Below are positions 43,834 through 53,451 of a stretch of DNA of 64,000 nucleotides, one piece after another. A program made the position numbers and the translations under genes. Source of the stretch: Phycisphaerales bacterium (GTDB taxonomy: Bacteria > Planctomycetota > Phycisphaerae > Phycisphaerales > UBA1924); NCBI GenBank assembly GCA_965227775.1, contig OZ245777.1:1376001-1440000 (forward strand), read 5' to 3'. Each line of letters begins with the position of its first letter. Position 1 is the stretch's first letter. A model generated the notes under the pieces. It was not told the origin of the DNA. It saw only the letters and a list, made by a program, of their open reading frames with translations, and did not search any database.

Positions 43834-45525
43834 ATGTCCACACTGAATGGTTCATGGCTCGACTGGATGCATGCGCTCGTCGCATCGAGCAGCTCGGGAT
43901 CGAGGTTCGGCATCTTCACGATGGTCGGCATCGGTGTTGCGCTCTTCGTCGCGCTGCTGGTCATCTGGTTCCTTGCGAGCCGGATCCAACGCTGCCCGCC
44001 GAACCGCGTGCTCGTCGTCTGGGGTAGCGCGGGCAAGACCGGCCGCCGGTGTTACAACGGCGGCATCAAGGTCGTGTTCCCCGTCATCCAGCAGCACGCC
44101 TACATGAGCACCGAGCCGCTGGTGATCGACATCCCCCTTGAGGGCGCGCTCTCGCTCAACAACATCCGCGTGAACGTGCCCGCGACGTTCACGGTGCGTA
44201 TCTGCCCCGATCCGATCCTCATGGCCGCCGCTGCAGAGAACCTGCTCGGCAAACCACCGCAAGCCATTCGCGAGCTCGCGCAGGACATCATCCTGGGCCA
44301 GCTGCGCCTGGTGATCGCGACGCTATCCATCGAAGAGATCAACAAGGACCGCGAGAAGTTCGAGAGCCTGATCCGCGAGAACGTGACCCAGGAGATCAAC
44401 AAGATCGGCCTGGAGCTCATCAACGTGAACATCCGCGACATTACCGATGAGAGTGGCTACATCCGCGCCATCGGTCAGCGTGCGGCCGCCGAGGCGATCA
44501 ACCAGGCTAAGGTCGAGGTTGCCCAGGCCGATCGCGATGGTGCGACGGGCGAGGCCGTTGCGAATCGCGAGCGAACCGTCAGCGTCGCGCGCGAAGACGC
44601 GGCGGCGACAGAGGGTGAGAAGGCGGCCGAGCGCCAGCAGCGTGTTGCGGTTGCCGAGTTCGAGGCCCAGGCCATCACGGGCGAGGCCGAGAGCAAGCGC
44701 GACCAGGACATCGCCGTCGCCGAACGCCGGGCTGAGACCGCCGCGGCGAGCAAGCGCGCCGAGCAGCAGCAGCGTGTCGCGGTTGCCGAAGCCGAGGCCC
44801 GCGCCGTCGAGGGCGAGAATAGCAGTCAGGGGCAGATCGCCGAGTACAACGCGAAGCTTGCCGAGGTGCGCGCCGAGAGCCGGCGCCGTTCGGATGTCGC
44901 GGCCGCTCAGGCGCACGAGGCCATCCTGAAGGCCGAGCGCGAGCAGGAGATCGCCCGCCTTGGCAAGGAAGAGCTGGCGCCCCAGGAGATCGAGAAGGAA
45001 CGCATCCAGATCGCGGCCGAAGCCGAGGCCGAGAAGATGCGTCGCGAGGCGCGAGGCGAGGCCGACGCTGTGCTCGCCAAGTACCAGGCCGAGGCCGAGG
45101 GTGTGCAGAAGGTGCTCGAGGCCAAAGCCGAGGGCTACCGCCAGCTCATGGCCGCCGCGGCGGACAATCCGCAGGTCGCGCCCACACTATTGCTCATCGA
45201 GCAGTTGCCGCAGCTCGTGGCCGAGCAGGTCAAGGCCATCAGCAACCTCAAGATCGACAAGATCACCGTGTGGGATACCGGCTCCGGGGGCGCGGGCAGC
45301 GGCATCGAGGGCAAGGCTGGCGTGCGCGGTACGACGAGCGACTTCCTGTCCGGGCTCATCGGGGCGCTGCCGCCCGTGCACGAGCTTGCGCGCCAGGCCG
45401 GCGTCGAGCTTCCCGGTGCGCTTGGCCGCGTGCAAGAAGCGCGCCGCGAAGCCAGCCCGGCTCCGGAGCACGACGGCCATGACGGGCCGCGCCCGGCCCG
45501 TGACTCGGGCGAGGGCAAGGCCTGA
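43834..45525 (+). CDS. Flotillin family SPFH protein (FloT/YuaG-like)
   Basis: RCPPNRVLVV, ALSLNNIRVNVP, GQLRLVIATLSIEEINKDRE, Ala/Glu coiled-coil repeats and KIDKITVWD. Confidence 0.92.
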   Translation: MSTLNGSWLDWMHALVASSSSGSRFGIFTMVGIGVALFVALLVIWFLASRIQRCPPNRVLVVWGSAGKTGRRCYNGGIKVVFPVIQQHAYMSTEPLVIDIPLEGALSLNNIRVNVPATFTVRICPDPILMAAAAENLLGKPPQAIRELAQDIILGQLRLVIATLSIEEINKDREKFESLIRENVTQEINKIGLELINVNIRDITDESGYIRAIGQRAAAEAINQAKVEVAQADRDGATGEAVANRERTVSVAREDAAATEGEKAAERQQRVAVAEFEAQAITGEAESKRDQDIAVAERRAETAAASKRAEQQQRVAVAEAEARAVEGENSSQGQIAEYNAKLAEVRAESRRRSDVAAAQAHEAILKAEREQEIARLGKEELAPQEIEKERIQIAAEAEAEKMRREARGEADAVLAKYQAEAEGVQKVLEAKAEGYRQLMAAAADNPQVAPTLLLIEQLPQLVAEQVKAISNLKIDKITVWDTGSGGAGSGIEGKAGVRGTTSDFLSGLIGALPPVHELARQAGVELPGALGRVQEARREASPAPEHDGHDGPRPARDSGEGKA

Positions 45526-45572
45526 TCGAATCCGCGCACCGCACAGGCGTGCACCACTGCGAGGAGAGTGCT

Positions 45573-46562
45573 ATGCATCGTTGGAATCTGAGACTCGGAT
45601 TCGTGGTCGCGTGCACGGGTGCTCTTGTGCTGGCAAGTCCGGTGGTTGCCCAGCAACCCGCCGACCAGGCGAGACAGGCCGAGCCGGCGTCGCCCGAGTT
45701 TGAGCTCGTCGCCGCGGGCGAGGATCCCGAGATCCGCCGCTATCAGTTTGAGGTGGGGCAGTCCGTCACGCTGCACATGATCAACGACGTGCAGATGAAG
45801 ATGGACATGGGTTTCGGCCTCCAGGGCCAGCCTTTGCCCACGAGCGAGCAGTACGTCACCATGCGCGTCGTCGATGTGGACGAAGCCGGCGTAGCCAGCA
45901 TTCGCCTGGTCATCGAGCGTGCCCGCGTGACGCCCGGCCAAGAGGTCGACCCGTTCGTGCGCGACGCCATCGAGGAGGGCCTGGGCGCGTACCAAGGGAT
46001 CGAGGCACGCTTCAAGCTCGACTCTCGCGGCAAGACCAGCGACGAGGTCGTCACCGATGCCGATGGCATGCCACTGGCGAATCCCGAGATCCGCCAATCA
46101 ATGGAAGAAACGATGAAGGCTTCGGGTGTTGCGCTGCCCGAAGAGCCCATCGGAGCCGGAGCCGTTTGGATCCAGCGCGAGACGATTAGCATCAACGGCG
46201 TGACCATGCTCCGAGAGAGCGCGCACACCGTCGAGTCGATCGAGGGCGACACGATGGTCGTGCGCTCGGACGTCAAGGTCTCAGCCGAACCGCACTTTGT
46301 CGAGAACGGCATGCTCCTTCCCGGCATGCGGCTCCGGCTCGATAGCACGAATATGCAAGGCTCCGGTCGTTCGGTCTTCTCTTTGGTGGGCCTGGAGTCC
46401 AGCTTCGACGTCAAGACCGCGGGCGACGTCAACATGACCGTGTTCCAGGACGGCGATGAGATGCGGATGCACCAGTGGCTCTCGATGGCCATCACGGCCA
46501 AGAGCCACGATGGCCCGTTGCCCGACGCCGACGAGGGTGAGGCCGACGGGCCGAGCTTCTGA
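45573..46562 (+). CDS. Secreted beta-rich hypothetical protein (DUF6263-like)
   Basis: Signal peptide, RYQFEVGQS and LPEEPIGAGAVW motifs; GAGGAG RBS. Confidence 0.65.
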   Translation: MHRWNLRLGFVVACTGALVLASPVVAQQPADQARQAEPASPEFELVAAGEDPEIRRYQFEVGQSVTLHMINDVQMKMDMGFGLQGQPLPTSEQYVTMRVVDVDEAGVASIRLVIERARVTPGQEVDPFVRDAIEEGLGAYQGIEARFKLDSRGKTSDEVVTDADGMPLANPEIRQSMEETMKASGVALPEEPIGAGAVWIQRETISINGVTMLRESAHTVESIEGDTMVVRSDVKVSAEPHFVENGMLLPGMRLRLDSTNMQGSGRSVFSLVGLESSFDVKTAGDVNMTVFQDGDEMRMHQWLSMAITAKSHDGPLPDADEGEADGPSF

Positions 46563-46602
46563 GCGCGTCTCTCTTTCACAAGCACCCATGAGGAGGGCGA
46601 CC

Positions 46603-47352
46603 ATGCGCATCTGCGTGCAGTCTCTGGTATTAATCGGGCTCGGCACAACGCTCGCAGGCTGCGTGTGCGGGCCCTGCAGCGAACCGCCGGCTGCTGCGCC
46701 GGCAGACGCCCAGTCCGCGGCCCACGACCACACCCGCGACTACGCGATGGTGTTCATTAAGACCGGCCCGCTGCGCTCGCCGACCCAAGCGCAGCAGTCT
46801 GAGGCGATGCAGGGCCACCTGGCCAATATGCAGCGCCTGGCTGCAGAGGGCACGCTGCTCATCGCTGGCCCGCTGGCCGAACCCAAGAGCGACCCTGATC
46901 ACCGCGGCATCTTCGTGTTCGACGCCGACACGATCGAGAAGGGCGCCTCCCTGGCGGCGACCGATCCGGGCGCGCAGATGGGTGTCTTCGTTATGGAGCC
47001 CTACCTGCTGAAAACCGACGCGCCGCTGACCGAGCTGACCCGGCTCGAGCGCGAGTTCGAGCAGCAGCGATTGGACGATCCCGATATTCCCGACGAGTGG
47101 TTTGGCCGGATGTACGTCATGGCCAGTGCGCCGTACGCCGATGAGCTTCGCGAGCAGGTTCGCGGGTCCGAGGGCGTGCTGATCGCCGGCACGCTGACGA
47201 ATCCTCGCGGGCAGGAGCGCGTGTTCGCCTGGATTGATGCGCCCAATCCGGTGCTCGCCGCCGGGCTGCTTCCCGAGGCAGAGTGGACCATGCACCCGTG
47301 GTTCGGCAGCCCGACGCTCGAGGAGCTTCCTGGGTTGCAAGCAACGCCATGA
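46603..47352 (+). CDS. YciI-domain lipoprotein
   Basis: Lipobox LAGC; GHLANMQRLAAEGTLLIAGP, RGIFVF and TDPG (YciI motifs). Confidence 0.8.
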   Translation: MRICVQSLVLIGLGTTLAGCVCGPCSEPPAAAPADAQSAAHDHTRDYAMVFIKTGPLRSPTQAQQSEAMQGHLANMQRLAAEGTLLIAGPLAEPKSDPDHRGIFVFDADTIEKGASLAATDPGAQMGVFVMEPYLLKTDAPLTELTRLEREFEQQRLDDPDIPDEWFGRMYVMASAPYADELREQVRGSEGVLIAGTLTNPRGQERVFAWIDAPNPVLAAGLLPEAEWTMHPWFGSPTLEELPGLQATP

Positions 47353-47430
47353 GGATTGGTTCATGACGGTCGGCACCCGGCGCGGGCCACCTTACAATGG
47401 TCCGAACCGCGAACTTCCGGGAGGCTCCGC

Positions 47431-48105
47431 ATGACCGAACACGATCACGCACAAACGCAGGCACAAGCCGAGGCCATCACCGGCGACGCGACCGCATCGG
47501 CCGGTGAGGTCCGCCGCCGCATCAGCGAGCTCGTCGCGAGTGCCGCCGCGACACCCGGCCGCGCGATCGAGGGTGGCGCCAGCGCCGTGCAACGCGTTGC
47601 AAGGGAAGTGCTCGAAGGTGCCAACCGCGGCGCGCACGCGCTCAGCGATGAGCGCAAGGACTCGGTCATGGCCGAGACGCTGGAAGGTCTGGGTGAGGGA
47701 CTCGGTAAGGCCGCCCACGCCACGCAATTGGCGCTGGAAGAGGCTCGCGCCCGTGGCGAGAACTTCGCCAAGGACGACGTGAAGGCCGCTATCGAGGACC
47801 TGCGCGCGGTGGAGGACCTGCTCATGGACTCGGCCTCCCGCTTGGCCCACGCCGCGGGCAGCAACGCAAAGGGCGCCGCGAGCGACCTAGGCAGCCACGC
47901 CGGCCGCGTGTTCGAGGGCATCCGACCCGCGGTCGAGGGCGCGCTGCGCGAGGCGATGCGCCATCCCGTCGCAACAGCCGGTGATGCCGCCGCGACGACC
48001 GTTGACGCGGCCCGCCTGGGTGTTGGCGCACTTTTCGATGTCGCCGGCGGCCTGCTCAAGGGCGCGGGCGGCATGATTAGCGGGAAGGACCCGCAACAGA
48101 AGTAG
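47431..48105 (+). CDS. Ala-rich helical protein (DUF6781-like)
   Basis: AAHATQLALEEARARGENFAKDDVKAAIEDLRAVEDLL; GGGAGG RBS; TACAAT -10 upstream. Confidence 0.6.
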   Translation: MTEHDHAQTQAQAEAITGDATASAGEVRRRISELVASAAATPGRAIEGGASAVQRVAREVLEGANRGAHALSDERKDSVMAETLEGLGEGLGKAAHATQLALEEARARGENFAKDDVKAAIEDLRAVEDLLMDSASRLAHAAGSNAKGAASDLGSHAGRVFEGIRPAVEGALREAMRHPVATAGDAAATTVDAARLGVGALFDVAGGLLKGAGGMISGKDPQQK

Positions 48106-48120
48106 GCAGGCGGACGATTC

Positions 48121-49929
48121 CTAGGAGAGCCGCTTGCCAAAGAGCAGTCTGATCACGCCCAGCATCCCGGCGAACACGAGCGCCGCAAGGCCGATCCAGA
48201 ACAGCAGGCCCTCCGGCGCATCCGTCGTGCCGCGTGCGGCCGCAGCGCGGTCGGCAAGCAGCATGATCGACCCACCCACGACGAGCGCAGCGACCACGAG
48301 CGAGTAGCTGATGTTCCGGCTCGCACGCTCGAGCTCGTCGGTCACCTCGCTCAGGCCGTGGTGCTTGAGTTGCACGCCGAGCTCGTCATTGCGAATCATG
48401 TGCAGGATGCTTGCAACTTCCCTCGGCGCACGTTCAACGAGTTCGGCGTAGCCGAGGGCCGCGCCTTGCACGCGTCGCCTCGTGGCTCGAAAGCCGTACC
48501 GTCGACGCAGAAGCCCCTCGACGTGGGGGCGTACGTGTTCGACGATGTCGAAGCTCGGGCACACCATCTCGCCCACGCCTTCGATCGTCGTGATGGCCTT
48601 GATGAGGTACACGATGTCGGCCGGCACGCGCAGCTTGTGCTTGCGCAGCTTCGCAAAGAACTCACTGAGCAGCGCGCCCATGCGGAGGTCTGCTAGGTTC
48701 GCGCTCTGGAAGCGGCTGATGAACTCCCACGCGTCTGCGCGGAACGCCCGATCGTGCGCCTTCATCGGGCTCACGCCGGTCAACTCGATGACGACGTCCA
48801 GCACGCGATCGAGGTCGCCGGCGATCGTGCCTTGGACAAGGTCGGCGAGGACTTCGGCGGTCCGCGGGTCGATATTGCCGGTCATGCCATAGTCGATGAA
48901 GCACAGCCGGACCTCGGGGGCCTCCCGCTTTGTGAGCTCCGCCGCTTCGCCCTCGGGCCCCTCGACCACGGGATCGGCCAGCACGAACATGTTGCCCGGG
49001 TGCGGATCGGCGTGGAAGAAGCCAATCTCGAAGCACTGGCGGAAGACCACATCGCTCCCGATCGCCACGATCTCGCGCCGCTGCGCTTCGGTGAAGCGCG
49101 CGTCGCCGTCCTTCCTGAAGTCGCTCAGAAGCGTGCCCTTGACGTGCTCCATGCACAGGATCTCGGGCGTGCTGTGCTGGGGGTAGACCTTGGGGAACGT
49201 AACCCGGTCGTCCTCGGTGAACGACGCGGCCATGCGCGCCATGCTGCGGCGCTCGAGTTCCAGATCGATCTCGCGGCGAACCTGCCTGCGGAACTGCTCG
49301 ACCACGTCGATCGGGCTGTATCCAAGGTCGGCGAAGCGATCCTCGATGAACTCGGCCAGCGTCGCCATGATCTCCAGGTCGGCCTCGATGATCTCCTCGA
49401 TATCTGGACGCAAGACCTTGAGGATGACCTCGCCCCCGCCCGCGAGCGTCGCGCGGTGGGCCTGAGCGATCGAGCCGGCGGCCATCGCCTCGTACTCGAT
49501 GCGATGGAAGCGGGGGCCCTCTTCGCCCGTGTCGGGCATCCGCTCGATCAATGCGTCGATGTAGGGCTTGATCTCGTCGGCCGGGACGGGTCGCACCGTG
49601 CTCTGCAGCTTGGTGAACTCCTCCGCCCACTCCGGAGGGATGAGGTCGGGCCGCGTGCTGAGAACCTGTGCGAGCTTGACGAAGGTCGGCCCGAGTTCCT
49701 CCATGGCCTCGCGCAAGCGCACGGCCGTGGGCGTGCGCGTCACGCTCGCGTCTGGCCTGCTCAGCCCGATCATGCGCCGGCCGCGGAGCACCAGCCGATC
49801 GAGGTCCAGGTCGGCGATGGCCTTCCCAAACCCGAAGCTGGCCAGGACGGTCAGAATCTCCTTGGCCCGCCGGATGTTGCGGATCGTGCGGCCAAGGTGG
49901 GCGATGTTGGTCGGGAGCGTTCGCGGCAC
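48121..49929 (-). CDS. ABC1/AarF/UbiB family atypical kinase
   Basis: ELGPTFVKLAQVLSTRPD, AAGSIAQAH, GFFHADPHPGN and DYGM motifs; two C-terminal TM helices. Confidence 0.92.
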   Translation of the reverse strand: MPRTLPTNIAHLGRTIRNIRRAKEILTVLASFGFGKAIADLDLDRLVLRGRRMIGLSRPDASVTRTPTAVRLREAMEELGPTFVKLAQVLSTRPDLIPPEWAEEFTKLQSTVRPVPADEIKPYIDALIERMPDTGEEGPRFHRIEYEAMAAGSIAQAHRATLAGGGEVILKVLRPDIEEIIEADLEIMATLAEFIEDRFADLGYSPIDVVEQFRRQVRREIDLELERRSMARMAASFTEDDRVTFPKVYPQHSTPEILCMEHVKGTLLSDFRKDGDARFTEAQRREIVAIGSDVVFRQCFEIGFFHADPHPGNMFVLADPVVEGPEGEAAELTKREAPEVRLCFIDYGMTGNIDPRTAEVLADLVQGTIAGDLDRVLDVVIELTGVSPMKAHDRAFRADAWEFISRFQSANLADLRMGALLSEFFAKLRKHKLRVPADIVYLIKAITTIEGVGEMVCPSFDIVEHVRPHVEGLLRRRYGFRATRRRVQGAALGYAELVERAPREVASILHMIRNDELGVQLKHHGLSEVTDELERASRNISYSLVVAALVVGGSIMLLADRAAAARGTTDAPEGLLFWIGLAALVFAGMLGVIRLLFGKRLS

Positions 49930-49969
49930 GAGCAGAGGGTAGGTGTGGCGCGGTCTCGCAGCGTGGGCG

Positions 49970-51412
49970 CTAGTGCTCGACGCGCTTGCCCAGTAGCGGT
50001 CCCACGCGGTCGACAAGGCGGTTGAGCGTCTGGCGATCCTTCGCCTCGGCGTTCAGCCGGAGCAGTGGCTCCGTGTTGCTCATGCGCACGTTGATCCACC
50101 AGCCTTCCTTCTCGAAGGCGTCGATCGTGATGCCGTCGAGGTTGTCCACCAGCGCGTCGTCGCCGGCAATCTCTTCCTCGAGCTTGTTGATGGCTTCCTG
50201 CGGCTCCTCGTTCGTGAAGTTCAGCTCGCCGCTCTGCACGTATCGCGCGATGGGCTTGATGAGCTGGCTCAGGCTCCTCTTGCTGCGGCCGAGCAAGCCG
50301 AGCACGGTCGACATCGCGATGGCGCCAGAGTCGGCGTTGTAGTTGTCCTGGAAGTAGAAGTGTCCGCTAAGCTCGCCGCCAAACACGGCGCTGTGCTCGG
50401 CCATCGCGGCTTTCATGAACACGTGGCCCACGCGGCCGCGAACCGGCGTGCCGCCGTGCTTCTTTACTTCTTCCTCGACGGCTCTGCTCGAACGCAGGTC
50501 GTAGACAATGGCGCTGCCGGGGTGGCGCTCGAGCGCATCGGTGGCGAGCAGCGCGGTCAGGTGGTCGCAGCCGACGATCTGGGCCTCGTCGTCGACCACC
50601 ATGCAGCGATCGGCGTCGCCATCGAAGCAGAAGCCGACGTCGGCCTTGTGCTCGATCACCGCCTCTTGTGTATTGCGCATGTTGCTCTTGACCAGCGGGT
50701 TTGGCGGGTGCGCGAACTCGCCGCTGGTGTTGTCCATGTTGACAGTGATGAGCTCGATGCCGCAATCGAGGTAGCCCTCGACCAGTTCGCCCTTCTCACC
50801 GAAGACCTTGGGCAGCATCGTGCCGGCCATCGCGTTGGACGCATCGACGACGACCTTCAACGGCTTGCCGCGTGTTGCCGGGCCACCCTGGCGCAGGAAG
50901 TGCCGCACGTGCTTGGCGTAGGGCTTCCACAGGTCCCTCTGCTCGACGCGGCCGCTCGGGTCGTCGATCGTGCGCATGTCGGCCATCGCGGCGTGCTTGC
51001 GGATGTCGGCGAGGCCCGTCGCCTCGCCGATGGGCCTCGCCTTGGGGCCGGCGATCTTGAAGCCGTTCCAGTTGGGCGGGTTGTGGCTCGCGGTCACCAT
51101 GACGCCGCCCGCACAGCCCAAGTGGTTGATGGCGAAGTAAATCATGGGCGTGTCGACCAGACCCAGGTCGATGACGCTCACGCCGGTGCGCGTCAGCCCG
51201 TCGATGAGTTGCTCGGTGAGCACGGGCCCGCTCTCGCGCATGTCTCGGCCGACGACGACGGTGCGCATCATGGGCGTGTTCTCGCCCGTCGCTTTGGCGA
51301 CCTCGAGCACGAATCGGCCCGTGCCCACGCCCACCTGCCAGGCCATGCGATCGGTGAGAAGGTCGGGGTAGGTGCCCCGGATGTCGTAGGCCTTAAACAC
51401 ACGTCCAAGCAT
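49970..51412 (-). CDS. Phosphomannomutase/phosphoglucomutase
   Basis: FKAYDIRG, TASHNP, FDGDADR, GGELSGH and RMSNTEPLLRLN motifs. Confidence 0.95.
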   Translation of the reverse strand: MLGRVFKAYDIRGTYPDLLTDRMAWQVGVGTGRFVLEVAKATGENTPMMRTVVVGRDMRESGPVLTEQLIDGLTRTGVSVIDLGLVDTPMIYFAINHLGCAGGVMVTASHNPPNWNGFKIAGPKARPIGEATGLADIRKHAAMADMRTIDDPSGRVEQRDLWKPYAKHVRHFLRQGGPATRGKPLKVVVDASNAMAGTMLPKVFGEKGELVEGYLDCGIELITVNMDNTSGEFAHPPNPLVKSNMRNTQEAVIEHKADVGFCFDGDADRCMVVDDEAQIVGCDHLTALLATDALERHPGSAIVYDLRSSRAVEEEVKKHGGTPVRGRVGHVFMKAAMAEHSAVFGGELSGHFYFQDNYNADSGAIAMSTVLGLLGRSKRSLSQLIKPIARYVQSGELNFTNEEPQEAINKLEEEIAGDDALVDNLDGITIDAFEKEGWWINVRMSNTEPLLRLNAEAKDRQTLNRLVDRVGPLLGKRVEH

Positions 51413-51554
51413 GGTCGCTCCGCAGGGGTTCGGATTCGAGTGAGTCGGCCGCGGCACCGGAGTCGGTGCGGACCAGGCATCGAGCATAGACGGCAATTTT
51501 CGGATTGTTACGTTTGATAGATGTTTGTACGGATAGTCGCCAGAGAATTCTGGG

Positions 51555-51761
51555 TTGGCGTGCGGGCAGTTTTGTGTCTATCATCTCGGCCCCGGTTCGC
51601 CGGGACCGGCCTGCAGGGCGTGTGTCCGAGGCCGACAACGCAACGCCGAACGCACCACCGCGTCGCGTGGAAGCCGATTGGCCGGCCCACGCATTCGGGT
51701 GCTCCTAAACCCTTCCGGGGACCGGAGCCGCGATCCGAGGCCGGTGGGAGGTGGAGAACAG
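51555..51761 (+). promoter_or_regulatory. rplK promoter and structured leader with a possible L1-binding site
   Basis: TTGGCG-18-TATCAT (51555-84). Hairpin GCGTGG-AAGCC...GG...CCACGC (51665-92) resembles GUGG(G/A)AG...CCAC L1 operators. Confidence 0.45.
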
Positions 51762-52187
51762 ATGGCCAAACGCGAAGTCGCTCACGTTTTCAAGATCATG
51801 GCCCCGGGTGGGTCCGCGACGCCTGCGCCGCCGCTCGGCCCGGTGCTGGGTGCCAAGGGTGTCAACCCTGGCCAGTTCATCCAGCAGTTCAACGCCGCCA
51901 CCGCCCACCTGAACGGCAAGGTCGTTGGGTGCGTGGTGACCAGCTACACCGACCGCTCATTCGAGTTCGAGGTGAAGAGCTCGCCGGCGTCGGTGCTGAT
52001 CAAGGAGGCCGCCGGCATCGACAAGGGCGCCGGCACGCCCCAGACGCCGATCGCGAAGATCACCCGAGATCAGTGCCGCAAGATCGCCGAGGAAAAGATG
52101 GCCGACCTGAACGCCATCAATCTCGAGGCGGCGACGGACGTGATCGCAGGCACCGCCCGCTCCATGGGCGTGACGGTGGAGGGCTGA
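51762..52187 (+). CDS. rplK: 50S ribosomal protein L11
   Basis: ATPAPPLGPVLG and IAGTARSMG motifs. Confidence 0.97.
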   Translation: MAKREVAHVFKIMAPGGSATPAPPLGPVLGAKGVNPGQFIQQFNAATAHLNGKVVGCVVTSYTDRSFEFEVKSSPASVLIKEAAGIDKGAGTPQTPIAKITRDQCRKIAEEKMADLNAINLEAATDVIAGTARSMGVTVEG

Positions 52188-52188
52188 G

Positions 52189-52884
52189 ATGGCACACGTA
52201 AGCAAGCGACGCAAGGCGAATCTGAAGTCGGCGCCCACCGAGGCGCTGCCGGTCGATGAAGCCATCAGCACCGTTAAGAAGTTCAAGGGACCACGCTTCG
52301 ACCAGACCGTCGAGGTGTGCATGCACCTGAACATCAACACCAAGCAGGCCGACCAGGCCCTCCGCGGCTCGGTCGCGCTGCCCAAGGGCATCGGCCAGAG
52401 CAAGAAGGTCGTTGCCTTCTGCAGCGAGGACAAGGTCAAGGACTGCCTCGAGGCCGGAGCCATCAAGGCCGGCGGCGAGGAACTGGTCGCCGAGATCGAG
52501 AAGGGCTGGATGGATTTTGATGTCGCGGTTGCGAGCCCCGACATGATGCGTGTCATCAGCAAGCTCGGCCGCGTCCTGGGCCCCAAGGGCCTGATGCCCA
52601 GCCCCAAGGCTGGCACCGTGACCACCGACGTGCCGCAAGCGGTGAAGGAATACGCCGCTGGCAAGCTGGAGTACCGAGCCGATTCGGGCGGCAACATCCA
52701 CGCGGTCATCGGGAAGATGAGCTTCCCCGAGGCCGACCTGAAGGAAAACTACGAGTACTTCGTGCAGGCCATCGAGAAGATCCGACCCAGCGCCGTCAAG
52801 GGCGAGTACATCAAGAAGATCACCATCAGCGGCACCATGACCCCCGGCGTCCGCGTGTATCACGAGGCCGCCGTCGTCTCCTGA
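52189..52884 (+). CDS. rplA: 50S ribosomal protein L1
   Basis: FDQTVE and LGRVLGPKGLMPSPKAGTVT motifs. Confidence 0.97.
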   Translation: MAHVSKRRKANLKSAPTEALPVDEAISTVKKFKGPRFDQTVEVCMHLNINTKQADQALRGSVALPKGIGQSKKVVAFCSEDKVKDCLEAGAIKAGGEELVAEIEKGWMDFDVAVASPDMMRVISKLGRVLGPKGLMPSPKAGTVTTDVPQAVKEYAAGKLEYRADSGGNIHAVIGKMSFPEADLKENYEYFVQAIEKIRPSAVKGEYIKKITISGTMTPGVRVYHEAAVVS

Positions 52885-52905
52885 CGAGCGGGAAAGGAAG
52901 CATCC

Positions 52906-53451
52906 ATGTCCAAGCCCGTCAAAGAAATGATGATGGCCGATTACATGGCCAAGCTGGGCGAGAATGGCGACGCCCTGCTGATCAATATCCGCGGCATCGG
53001 CGCCAACGACACCAACGCCCTGCGCAAGGACCTCGCCAAGAGCGAGATCTCCGTGACCGTGCTGCGTAACAACGTGGCGCGCAAGGCCTTCGAGGGCACC
53101 GGCCTCGAGCCGCTCGGCGAGCTGCTCACCGGGCCCAATGCCCTGGTGTACGGCGCTGAGACCGTTGTCGAAGTTGCGCGCAAGATCGTCGACATCGCCA
53201 AGGACATGCCCGACGTTGAACTCCGCGGCGCAGTGCTCGACGGCGAGCTGTTCGAAGGCGAGGACGGCGTCAAGCGTCTGAGCAAGTTCCCGACGCGCGA
53301 CGAGGCCATCGCCCAGGCCGTCACGATCGTCCTGACGCCCGGCGGCAAGCTCGTCAGCGCGGTCAAGAGCCCGGCGAGCAACATCGCCGGCATCCTCAAG
53401 ACCCTGCAGGACAAGCTCGAGAGCGGCGAGACGATCGCCAAGATCGCCTGA
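52906..53451 (+). CDS. rplJ: 50S ribosomal protein L10
   Basis: LRKDL...VLRNNVARKA, LTGPNAL and LSKFPTRDE; position between rplA and rplL. Confidence 0.95.
   Translation: MSKPVKEMMMADYMAKLGENGDALLINIRGIGANDTNALRKDLAKSEISVTVLRNNVARKAFEGTGLEPLGELLTGPNALVYGAETVVEVARKIVDIAKDMPDVELRGAVLDGELFEGEDGVKRLSKFPTRDEAIAQAVTIVLTPGGKLVSAVKSPASNIAGILKTLQDKLESGETIAKIA

Noticed and set aside
51555..51761. N-terminal extensions given by the ORF track (rplK from 51555; likewise rplL from 53500, galE from 19792, scpA from 30744)
   Set aside because: Family homology begins at downstream ATGs, most with SD or -10 signals; the extensions run through promoters, RNA structure or neighbouring genes.
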